Notes under the pieces: generated by a model
Seen by the model: the letters and a program-made list of their open reading frames with translations, nothing else
What the model was told of the DNA's origin: nothing
Database searches by the model: none
Made by a program: the position numbers and the translations under genes
In this document: piece after piece, positions 6,800-15,142 of the stretch
Numbering within the stretch: position 1 is the stretch's first letter
How the letters are laid out: the number at the start of each line of letters is the position of its first letter
IMG/VR virus record: IMGVR_UViG_3300032320_000413
Coordinates: 1 to 27,794 of that record
Source: a virus
Taxonomy: Duplodnaviria > Caudoviricetes
Direction: 5' to 3' (one strand)
DNA length: 27,794 nt

Positions 6800-6954
6800 T
6801 ATTCATCCGCAGGTAATGGTGTGTTGCCAGCCTCAAACCAAGCCTTAAACTCTGGATAATCTTCTGTGCAAGTTAAACGACATAAACCATCGTCATCTAT
6901 ACGAGCATATATTGTTTTACTATTTTCATTAGTTGTAAGTATTTTAAAAATCAT
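6799..6954 (-). CDS. 51-aa fibre chaperone-like protein (not in ORF track)
   Basis: MIFKILTTNENSKTIYARIDDDGLCRLTCTEDYPEFKAWFEAGNTPLPADE; ATGA overlap upstream and TAATG overlap downstream; DY..F..W...GNTP.PAD motif typical after this fibre type. Confidence 0.8.
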   Translation of the reverse strand: MIFKILTTNENSKTIYARIDDDGLCRLTCTEDYPEFKAWFEAGNTPLPADE

Positions 6955-8063
6955 AGCTCGGAACTCCATGCTAAAAATCCATTAGATACTCCAATTCTTC
7001 TTCCTGCACCAGCCTGTCCAACAGTTAATCCAGATGCAACAGTAAAAATAGAAGCTGCCCCATTTATGGTTGCAATAGAAAAAGTTGGAACTGAACTACA
7101 ATTTGTAGATGTGTTTGCATATGCAATATTATAATCAGCAGCAGTTCCAGATTGATCTAAAGCAGTAGCAGCAGTTCTCATTGTTATAGGAAAAAATGTA
7201 TTTATTTCAGCAGTTGTTGATGTTTTTATAAATGCTGTTCCTAAAACACCATATTGATCTGGTAATAATTTATAATAATACCTCTGACACAAAGCTAACT
7301 CAGTCCCATAAGGTCTGTAATCAAAGCTAGTAGCTGTACTACCTTTCTCTAGTTGTACGCCAGTAATGTAGAACGTAGCACCGTTAGTGCCTACTACTGA
7401 TGTTGCGCCTGTAGCTGAAAAAAGATTACCAGCACCCCATGCTCCAGCAGTGCCAGATACAGTAGCTCCAGTTCCAAGACTAAAGACTACCGTTATACCT
7501 ACCCCATTAGTTGCAAGCCAAGTTCCAGATGTGTCACCAGCAATAGTTATTGTTTCTTTTTCCCACGTATTAGCAGATGTAATTGTGTAGCTAAATGGGT
7601 AAACTCTATTTTCTGCGCTGTTTTTAATAGCACCGCCAAACGTACCAGTTAATGAACTACGAACCCAAAACGATAAAGTTACCGTTGCAGCATTAGCTGT
7701 ACCCCAAGCTAAGTCAGCAGTATTTAAACCTTCTATTCTTTGAGCAATAGCAAATGTTTCAGATGTTCCAACTGTGTAAGGAGATAAAGATGTAACTCCA
7801 AGATAATTAGTAAATCCAACAGGAGGCGTTACAGATGCAGCATTTTGTTGAACACTAAATTTTGATGCTTGTGATAAATACGTATTCCATCTATCAAGCG
7901 TATAAGTTGTGTTTACTGTAGGAGTAACACTCGCACCAGCATTACGCTGATCTATGACCATGCTCCCATTTATTATACGATTCTTAAACAAAGAAGAACT
8001 AGGAGAAAATACACTACCGTTAGAATCTGTTATTGAGTCTGCGTTTACTGTTCCGTATGGCAT
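6951..8063 (-). CDS. Tail fibre with putative carbohydrate-binding beta-sandwich
   Basis: KNRIING.M.IDQRN...DRW...TLSFWV...ITGVQLEKGSTATSFDYRPYGTELALCQRYY motifs. Confidence 0.78.
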   Translation of the reverse strand: MPYGTVNADSITDSNGSVFSPSSSLFKNRIINGSMVIDQRNAGASVTPTVNTTYTLDRWNTYLSQASKFSVQQNAASVTPPVGFTNYLGVTSLSPYTVGTSETFAIAQRIEGLNTADLAWGTANAATVTLSFWVRSSLTGTFGGAIKNSAENRVYPFSYTITSANTWEKETITIAGDTSGTWLATNGVGITVVFSLGTGATVSGTAGAWGAGNLFSATGATSVVGTNGATFYITGVQLEKGSTATSFDYRPYGTELALCQRYYYKLLPDQYGVLGTAFIKTSTTAEINTFFPITMRTAATALDQSGTAADYNIAYANTSTNCSSVPTFSIATINGAASIFTVASGLTVGQAGAGRRIGVSNGFLAWSSEL

Positions 8064-8064
8064 C

Positions 8065-8289
8065 TTATACTCCTAATGCTGTTTTGATTTCTTCTGGCGT
8101 AGATGCAGAATCAATCTGTGTTTGCATAGTTGCGTACTTGTCTCGTACTGCTTGTCGTGCAGCCTCAGCCGCTACAGCTTCACTAGGAATAGTTGCCTTG
8201 ATATCTAAGGGAGCAAATTCTTCTGCTCGTTTTGCTCTACGAATATCGTGTGCAATATCCTTAGCTTTATTTACGTTAATGTTAATCAT
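8065..8289 (-). CDS. Helical fibre chaperone-like protein
   Basis: MININVNKAKDIAHDIRRAKRAEEFAPLD...RQAVRD; start at 8289 by ATGA overlap and GGAG SD. Confidence 0.65.
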   Translation of the reverse strand: MININVNKAKDIAHDIRRAKRAEEFAPLDIKATIPSEAVAAEAARQAVRDKYATMQTQIDSASTPEEIKTALGV

Positions 8290-8474
8290 GCCATCTCCCA
8301 AGCATTACGGAATGTTCTATCTGTAGGTATATCTGCTACATCTACAATCTTGTATGACTTACCTGCTGGCACGTCTTTAGCAGCTATTTGCTCAATGGTT
8401 AAACCACATTCAGCAGCAGGAACTATGATCGCTATGCCACCGTCATCTGTTGGGTAAATTATTCTTGAATTCAT
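8286..8474 (-). CDS. Fibre-associated small protein
   Basis: IIYPTDDGGIAIIVP...IAAKDVP.G...DRTFRNAW motif; GAGG SD. Confidence 0.7.
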   Translation of the reverse strand: MNSRIIYPTDDGGIAIIVPAAECGLTIEQIAAKDVPAGKSYKIVDVADIPTDRTFRNAWEMA

Positions 8475-8483
8475 TTTGTCCTC

Positions 8484-8978
8484 TTAACGGAATATGGAAA
8501 CATAAATACTTGCATAATCAAGTCCAGCAGAACCACTAGCAGTTGTTTGGTATCCTGTTGCTACTTGAATATTTGTAGTTGCTACAGTATTTACAAAAAA
8601 TGAACGTGTGGCAGCATTACCGCTACTAAATAAAACATCTGGAACTACCGCTAAAGATGCAGCATAATTTACATCTGGCATAGCAGTTGTAAAGTTAACT
8701 GTGTATGCGCCAGTACCATTATCAGTAATACTTGTTACGTTACCTGAAGCACGAATAGCGACTGTGCCTGTACCATTAAAGTTTACCCATGCACGACAAC
8801 CGTATGCAACAGCAGCAGAACCGTAGCCAGAGTTAAAAGATAAATTCTGAGAGCCATCCACCGTTACAGCAGTAGCACCTGAACCTGATCCAGTAACAAT
8901 ATTTAACGTACCGCTAGTGTCTGTAGATATTGCAGTACCCCCATTCGAGGAGTTGCCCGCTGTGATGACATTTGGCAT
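8484..8978 (-). CDS. Short tail fibre / receptor-binding protein
   Basis: S/T/G-rich; CRAWVNFNGTG...NVTSITDNGTG.YTVNF..AMPD.NY fibre-tip motif. Confidence 0.72.
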   Translation of the reverse strand: MPNVITAGNSSNGGTAISTDTSGTLNIVTGSGSGATAVTVDGSQNLSFNSGYGSAAVAYGCRAWVNFNGTGTVAIRASGNVTSITDNGTGAYTVNFTTAMPDVNYAASLAVVPDVLFSSGNAATRSFFVNTVATTNIQVATGYQTTASGSAGLDYASIYVSIFR

Positions 8979-8995
8979 ATCTTATTCCTTATTGA

Positions 8996-9571
8996 CTAAA
9001 CAATTGCCCACCGACTGCCGGAGGGTACTGTTACTGTTACGCCAGACGCTATTGTTATAGGGCCAGCACTCATTCCGTTCTTATTTGCACTAATCGTGTA
9101 GTTAGCTGATACCGTATTAGAGTTCTCAAAGATAGCTCCACCACCACCGTTAGCACCACCTACCGGAGTCCAGTTAGCACCGTCATACGTCTCAAGTATT
9201 GCTAAAGTTGAATTATATCGTAACTGACCTGTGGCTGACGATGGTCTTTGTGCAGTAGTTCCTACAGGAACTCTAACAGCTCCAGTGCTGTTTATTGCAA
9301 AGGTAGTAGGTACGTCTATAGTAGCTGCGTTAATCGTCACAGAGGACGTTGTAGTGCTTCCTATGACCGTTGCTCCAGATGCTGTGAAAGTACCAGCTAC
9401 CGTAAATGGATCGCCTGAAGTACCTACCTGCTGATCCTTTAACTGCGACATTAGTTCACGAATTGCATTATTGACAAGGCTAGGAGCCATGCCTTCAGCT
9501 AAGTTAATACCGTCAATATCAGTATTTGAGCTTGCTGTTGCGCTAAATTCGCTGATCTTTGTTTTTGGCAT
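8996..9571 (-). CDS. Tail fibre anchor/adaptor protein
   Basis: N-terminal EGMAPSLVNNAIRELMSQLKD virion-anchoring-like helix; PVGTTAQRP...GQLRYN module; C-terminal MSAGPITIASGVTVTVPSGSRW domain. Confidence 0.72.
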   Translation of the reverse strand: MPKTKISEFSATASSNTDIDGINLAEGMAPSLVNNAIRELMSQLKDQQVGTSGDPFTVAGTFTASGATVIGSTTTSSVTINAATIDVPTTFAINSTGAVRVPVGTTAQRPSSATGQLRYNSTLAILETYDGANWTPVGGANGGGGAIFENSNTVSANYTISANKNGMSAGPITIASGVTVTVPSGSRWAIV

Positions 9572-9572
9572 G

Positions 9573-11621
9573 TTATTCCCTAGTTTCTATAACCCCAGCA
9601 TCACCCAATACTTGACCTAATCCAGCCCAAAATTTAGCTGAAGTAGGAGACATTCTCTTTAATTGCTTTAACTGATCTACTGCATTAGGACTAGTAATAA
9701 TCTCAGTTAGCTTCTCTGCGTTATTAGCAGCATCTTTCTTGATAGCCCAATCAGTAATCTTTTTGCCCCAATTCTGAGGAGACATCGCAAAACCACCAGC
9801 CCTAGCTGCACCTGTTATCACGTTAGTAACTGGAGGATTCTTAATTAATTCTTCCGTTATTAATTGGTTAAATGCGGTATCAGAACCTAGTTTTTTAACT
9901 CTACCAGCAGCCTCAAGAACTTGCGATAGATCACGTAATGCATCAAATTTATCCTTACCTAACGCTACCTGCAAGGCTTTCTGTTGCTTTTGATCGCCCA
10001 TCAGAACATTCTGCCAAGCATTACCTACATCTAATTTCTGACCTTGCTGACTCTTGGATGGTTTTTTAGCTAACTGCCATTGTTCCTCTAGGTATGCTCT
10101 AGTAACTGCGTTCCATGCTTCCTCACCACCTCCAGCAGTAATCTGATCCTTAGCGTATCTAATCGTACTAGGGCTAGGATTCTGGAATATTCTGTTAGCA
10201 AAGTTCTTCAGATTATCCTTAGACATCTGAGATAACGATACGCCAGTAATACGCTCGTTAAACTCATTCAATGGCTGAGAGTATTGTGCAAACTTCTGGT
10301 TAGCCGCTATGTAATCTGGATTACCTTTTTCAATCTCTTTTAATAGATTATCTTTAATACCTGCTAATTTAGCTTGAATTGTATTATCCAAAGAACTAAA
10401 AGCATCTTCCTTAAACATCGCATCTATTTCTAGTTTTGCGTTATGTAGTAAAGGTAATCTATCTTCAGGAACCATAGTCTTTAATGGTTGACCTGCCTCA
10501 TCAATGCCAGGCTTTTCTAGCAGCGATTTAACTCTATTAAGATACTTTGCTGCTGTGCCTGTTGGAGGCTGAGACTTCAGCATATTATCTATGCCACTTA
10601 AAACTGGAGCCGTATTTACAGGAACAGATGCCTCAAAAGCCTGATCGTATATAGGCTTTGTAGCTTCTTCACGCTGTCTAATTAAGTTTTGCTTTTGAAC
10701 TTCTAGTGCCTGTAATCCACGATTACCTGCTACTGAAGCATCCTCTACTTTAGATAAACTACTTAGGTAGTCATCAACAGCAGATTGCACCTTCTTCTCA
10801 CGCTCACGATAGAACTTTTCCATCTGAGCAGATGATTCTGGAACATTTCCTAATACTTTCTGTGTACTTTTTAACGATGGCAAGTTACTTAATTCAGCAC
10901 CAGTTAAGGGAATACCGTACTTACTAGCTTGCTGACGTAATGCAGCAGTTTCAGCAGGATTAACTTGAGCTATATCACGAGCTAATCTACGTTCTTTAAA
11001 TGCTCTTACGCCTAATGGAGCAGCTTCACCCAATAACGATAGACCACCAGAAAGAGCAACCTCAGTAGGATTAACTTCTTGACCTGCTGTTGCTCCAGCT
11101 ATCTTTTGACGGACATAGTTACTTAAAGCAGATACGCCACCAGTTAAACCAACTGCACCAGCAATTCCAGGAGGGCCAGCTAATAACAATGGAGCAGACA
11201 AAACACCAACAGTAACATCAGGAACCATCTCAGCTACATCTGGAGCGTTATAAGCCATTCTTGAAGGAATACCGACTACTTCCTTGTAAAACTTACCATC
11301 GTTACCTTGATACGCTATATCGCCATTAATAACCGCATATCTATCTGGAGAGATACCACGAGCTTTAGCAAAGTAGTTAATTGCTGCTTGCTTCTCCGTT
11401 GGGATACCACCCATAAATGACGTAGATACACTAGCCGCACGAGACGGATCAGATATAGCTTTAGGTGGTATATTTCTAGGAGCCTTAGCACCTTGTTTAG
11501 GAATAGCAGGAGCAAACAACTCAGAAGCAAAGTCAACTGATTGCGGCTTTTCTGTAGCTGTTTTATCAACTGGTGGTCTAGTTGAAAACAACTCACTAGC
11601 AAAATCTACTGTCTCTGCCAT
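9573..11621 (-). CDS. Large internal virion / DNA ejection protein
   Basis: 682 aa, helical, with hydrophobic G/A-rich segments; position after the tail genes as for P22 gp16 / T7 gp16. Confidence 0.62.
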   Translation of the reverse strand: MAETVDFASELFSTRPPVDKTATEKPQSVDFASELFAPAIPKQGAKAPRNIPPKAISDPSRAASVSTSFMGGIPTEKQAAINYFAKARGISPDRYAVINGDIAYQGNDGKFYKEVVGIPSRMAYNAPDVAEMVPDVTVGVLSAPLLLAGPPGIAGAVGLTGGVSALSNYVRQKIAGATAGQEVNPTEVALSGGLSLLGEAAPLGVRAFKERRLARDIAQVNPAETAALRQQASKYGIPLTGAELSNLPSLKSTQKVLGNVPESSAQMEKFYREREKKVQSAVDDYLSSLSKVEDASVAGNRGLQALEVQKQNLIRQREEATKPIYDQAFEASVPVNTAPVLSGIDNMLKSQPPTGTAAKYLNRVKSLLEKPGIDEAGQPLKTMVPEDRLPLLHNAKLEIDAMFKEDAFSSLDNTIQAKLAGIKDNLLKEIEKGNPDYIAANQKFAQYSQPLNEFNERITGVSLSQMSKDNLKNFANRIFQNPSPSTIRYAKDQITAGGGEEAWNAVTRAYLEEQWQLAKKPSKSQQGQKLDVGNAWQNVLMGDQKQQKALQVALGKDKFDALRDLSQVLEAAGRVKKLGSDTAFNQLITEELIKNPPVTNVITGAARAGGFAMSPQNWGKKITDWAIKKDAANNAEKLTEIITSPNAVDQLKQLKRMSPTSAKFWAGLGQVLGDAGVIETRE

Positions 11622-11629
11622 GTTATTCC

Positions 11630-13147
11630 TTAAAGTGCTATACCAAATTCAGCAGCTAATTGATTTCTAATTATGTTTCTATCTTTAGGATCTTTTGGAT
11701 TTAATTTATATTGTTTTGCTATATCTTCGCCACGTTTATTAATTATTTCTGGCATTTTATCTAGTGGTGTATCTTGCCAGTTCAAACCATTTTTTAATGC
11801 GTATTGCTTACGAGCTAAAGCGTATTTTGTTTGCTGTATGCCGTTATTTAATTTTGACTCAAATTGAGTAGGGCTATCACCGTCAAAAATTCCAGTACCT
11901 GCATTAGGCAAAGTAGATGTAATTCTTCCAGCTTCAGCGTCACTCATTGCTGCACCAGTTATCTCTTTAATAGTTAAGTTCAGGTTTTGAGTTGCATTTT
12001 GTTTATATGTTGAATAAGCTGATAAAGTTGCTTTTTCTGCTGCTGGTAAATTACTGAATTTATCCTTTAAACTATTCCATTCTTGACCTGCTCTAAATTT
12101 AATATTTAAAAACTCAGGACGATAAGAGAACTGAATATTATTTAAACGAGCAATTTGATCGCCAGTATTTAACTGCTGTTTCTCAACCTCTGTAGCAGTT
12201 GGCTTAGATAGTTGGCCAGTGTAAACATTAATCTTTTGACCTTCTCCAATACCCATTTCCTTTGCTTTTTTATCTAAGAAACTTAATTGGTTAGCATCTA
12301 AGTCAGCAGGATTTTTAGTTTTAAAATATCTTAAAGATAAGTTGCCTAAGTTACCTGTAAATTCCTCTGGCTTTGCTTTAGCTGTATAAACAGGCTTCAT
12401 ATCTATCGTAGAAATAAGCTCATCTCCAACACGATAAAAACCTGCTTTTGGATACAATTCTTCAGCTCTATCACCAAAGAATTTAGCTGCTTCTGTATCT
12501 TTGTTTAATAATGCTTGCTGCTGCCTTTGACGGAATATTGCAGCTTGTTGCTTGTTTTGCTCTAACTGACTTAATTGCTGCTGAGGAGCTTGCTGCGGAG
12601 TTATAACGTTTTGTGGCATCTCAGCCATATCGCCATACAAAGGAATACTAGATGCTGCTGGAGCATTAGATACTGGTTGTTGCTGTGTAGGCGCACCAAT
12701 TTGCTCGTAGGTAGCCATACGTTCTCTAGCACGATTAGTTTCTTCTCTAGCTGCTACTGCTTTAACGAACTCTTGAGGATCAATGTCAGCCAATGGAGCT
12801 AAATCAGGATACTTAGTTTTAGCGTTAGCAATGCCAGTCATCTGATTTCTAGTTTGCTGCTGCTTTAATCTTAACTGCTCTAATTGTTGTTGAGTTTGAT
12901 AATTCTGCAAGCCTTGCTGATAAGTACCGCCTGAACTCTCGAATCCACCAGCTACTGCGCCTAGAATGTTTTGCAATGCTGAACGTGGAGGGCCATACGA
13001 ACTCATGCCTTTAGCTAATGCAAGACCAGCACCTAGCAAGCCCTGTATTTGAGCTTTCTTTTGTAGCGCAGCAGTTTCTTCCTCACCCAATAATCCTTGA
13101 TAGAATTTAGGAGCTGTACCGAACGGTGTTAAATCTTCAATTGCCAT
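11630..13147 (-). CDS. Internal virion / DNA ejection protein
   Basis: 505 aa, Q-rich coiled coils, GLLGAGLALA segment; synteny. Confidence 0.6.
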   Translation of the reverse strand: MAIEDLTPFGTAPKFYQGLLGEEETAALQKKAQIQGLLGAGLALAKGMSSYGPPRSALQNILGAVAGGFESSGGTYQQGLQNYQTQQQLEQLRLKQQQTRNQMTGIANAKTKYPDLAPLADIDPQEFVKAVAAREETNRARERMATYEQIGAPTQQQPVSNAPAASSIPLYGDMAEMPQNVITPQQAPQQQLSQLEQNKQQAAIFRQRQQQALLNKDTEAAKFFGDRAEELYPKAGFYRVGDELISTIDMKPVYTAKAKPEEFTGNLGNLSLRYFKTKNPADLDANQLSFLDKKAKEMGIGEGQKINVYTGQLSKPTATEVEKQQLNTGDQIARLNNIQFSYRPEFLNIKFRAGQEWNSLKDKFSNLPAAEKATLSAYSTYKQNATQNLNLTIKEITGAAMSDAEAGRITSTLPNAGTGIFDGDSPTQFESKLNNGIQQTKYALARKQYALKNGLNWQDTPLDKMPEIINKRGEDIAKQYKLNPKDPKDRNIIRNQLAAEFGIAL

Positions 13148-13154
13148 ATATCAC

Positions 13155-13709
13155 CTAAATTAGTGAAACTTGTGGGCCACCAACTACGGTTTGTTGGTAA
13201 GGATTCAGTGCAGCCATTGGATCGTAAGGCTTAACTCCACGACCTGCTTGTAAAGGCATAGCAGGAGCTGGTGAAGGCATTTGTTCTGGCGTTAATAAAC
13301 CTTCAGTTGCTTTTAATGCTTGCGCTGTCATCATTGGATTTTCGTAAGCAGATTTACCTGCCATACCAATACTTTGCATAAATGAAGGAGCAGCAGAAGC
13401 CTGTCCTATACCATAACCACCAGCAATACCACCATTAATTCCAGCAGCAGAAGCACCAGGAGCCATTCCCGCAAAACTTAACCCAGCAGCATTAGCTGCG
13501 CTTCCAGCAGCTCCCGCTCCACCAGCAGCAGCACCACCAGCAGCTCCAGCAGCAGCAGATCCGGCGCCTACTCCTAAAGCAGTACCACCTGTAAAGCCTG
13601 CCGTAGCACCCAATAAAGCACCTTGTAATGGGTTGCTAGGCTTACTTAATGCGCCAATACCAGCACCAGCAGCAGCCAATAACTGAGGAGTAATTATCGG
13701 ATCAGCCAT
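13155..13709 (-). CDS. Ala/Gly-rich ejection (pilot-type) protein
   Basis: 184 aa, low-complexity A/G, hydrophobic N-terminus like P22 gp7 / T7 gp14. Confidence 0.58.
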   Translation of the reverse strand: MADPIITPQLLAAAGAGIGALSKPSNPLQGALLGATAGFTGGTALGVGAGSAAAGAAGGAAAGGAGAAGSAANAAGLSFAGMAPGASAAGINGGIAGGYGIGQASAAPSFMQSIGMAGKSAYENPMMTAQALKATEGLLTPEQMPSPAPAMPLQAGRGVKPYDPMAALNPYQQTVVGGPQVSLI

Positions 13710-14431
13710 TATTTACCCCCTTGCTGAGTAGTCGTACTAGTACCACCAGAAGGCACACTAGTGAATAGATTAGTGAATTGTTGTAGTTTGCGCTCTGGAG
13801 CTGTCTGCTCAAAGTTGTAACGATTGATAGCGTCTTGCAATTGTTTTTGCTGATAAGACTCTATACCTTGACCTGTTTTCAGTAACTTCTCAATATCCAT
13901 GTAATCAGACTGAGCATAAGTAGGAGCATTAGCAACAGCAGTCATCTGACGATTGCGCTCTGCCTCAGCCGAGTTATAAGCTAATTGACCTGCGCTTTCC
14001 GCTAGGTTACGACCGAATATGTCTTGAGCCTGATTTACATTTTGACCCATTGCGCTAGAACCGTAACGACCCTTAGACGCAGCGTTAGATTGAATATTTT
14101 GTACGGCACGAGTATAAGCCTCAGTAGCCTGTCGAGTAGTTCCTGCTAACGCACCCTCTAGGAATGGATTAACACCTCTACCTTGAACTGTGGATAGATA
14201 TTCTTCTTCTGCTGCTTGGGTAATAGGAGAGCCTGTCAAAGCCCTAACTTGAGAAGCCTCTAATGCAGCCTGAGTAGCATCACTAGGAGAGACATAAGTC
14301 TGACCAGGAAAGAATTTCGCACCAGGAGATTCATATTGCTTTTGAGCTTCTGAAAGACCATATGTTACATACGGCTTTATGCTCTCATCAATCCCGCTGG
14401 TTGTACTGCTTCCTCCGCCACCACCGCCCAT
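13709..14431 (-). CDS. Internal virion protein with N-terminal poly-Gly
   Basis: MGGGGGGSSTTS start, Q-rich helices, NPFL motif; first gene of the ejection cluster. Confidence 0.58.
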   Translation of the reverse strand: MGGGGGGSSTTSGIDESIKPYVTYGLSEAQKQYESPGAKFFPGQTYVSPSDATQAALEASQVRALTGSPITQAAEEEYLSTVQGRGVNPFLEGALAGTTRQATEAYTRAVQNIQSNAASKGRYGSSAMGQNVNQAQDIFGRNLAESAGQLAYNSAEAERNRQMTAVANAPTYAQSDYMDIEKLLKTGQGIESYQQKQLQDAINRYNFEQTAPERKLQQFTNLFTSVPSGGTSTTTQQGGK

Positions 14432-14432
14432 A

Positions 14433-14831
14433 TTACACCTCGCAAATCCATTGTTTAGGCTTAAAGCCGAGCTTCTTAGCCCTACGTTGCCAACCTTGTC
14501 GATGGCTAGAGAAAGTTACATATTTTGCATTAGCTTGACTTGCCAAGCCTTTTATGTATTTTAGCCCATCTTCAACCATTTGATAATCATTTTCTAACGT
14601 CCAAGCCGCCCAAACGTGTAGATGTAGTCCAGATGGCTGCAATATGAAGAAGCCACCGAACCTCTGCTCCTTTAAAACTACCCATAGAAGTGATCTATTA
14701 GAGATTAAATCTGCATAGACATCTTCTACTATCCAATCCTCTGGACTATATCCTTTAATTTTGTCCAATGGTGCTTTAATTGATGACCACCATTTACGTA
14801 TATCTGCTACTGGTATGTGTCTAAATTCCAT
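14433..14831 (-). CDS. GNAT-fold-like virion assembly protein (P22 gp14 / T7 gp13 position)
   Basis: LHVWAAW...VTFSSHRQGWQRRAKKLGF resembles the GNAT C-terminal motif; synteny. Confidence 0.55.
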   Translation of the reverse strand: MEFRHIPVADIRKWWSSIKAPLDKIKGYSPEDWIVEDVYADLISNRSLLWVVLKEQRFGGFFILQPSGLHLHVWAAWTLENDYQMVEDGLKYIKGLASQANAKYVTFSSHRQGWQRRAKKLGFKPKQWICEV

Positions 14832-15142
14832 TATCCCACCACGATGTAGTCATAAGTTATCCCCGCTGTTATGTTTGCAGCATGAGAGACTACAGCACTT
14901 CCTCGTGTTTTGGAACTAACATACAAAATTATTGCATTAGCACTAGTAGGACTAAATAAAATAACGCTACTTGTGCCAATTCTTGCATCATTAATTGTCG
15001 TGCTAGTTGCGCCACCTGTGGCTAACGTAAAGTCACCAGTGTTATTCGTCTTGCCGTCCATAATCCCACGAACGACATCAGCAACCTGCCTCTGATCCCC
15101 ACCAAAAGGAGGAAGCGTCTGGAATTGAACAGTCCTAGTCAT
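14831..15142 (-). CDS. Small tail protein
   Basis: 103 aa, beta-rich C-terminus; between the tail hub and the GNAT-like gene. Confidence 0.55.
   Translation of the reverse strand: MTRTVQFQTLPPFGGDQRQVADVVRGIMDGKTNNTGDFTLATGGATSTTINDARIGTSSVILFSPTSANAIILYVSSKTRGSAVVSHAANITAGITYDYIVVG

Noticed and set aside
8065-8474. Frameshifted or pseudogenised single gene
   Set aside because: The clean ATGA overlap with its own GGAG SD and no slippery heptamer indicates two coupled genes.
5550-9571. Diversity-generating retroelement acting on the fibres
   Set aside because: No reverse transcriptase and no TR/VR near-identical repeat pair seen in the window.
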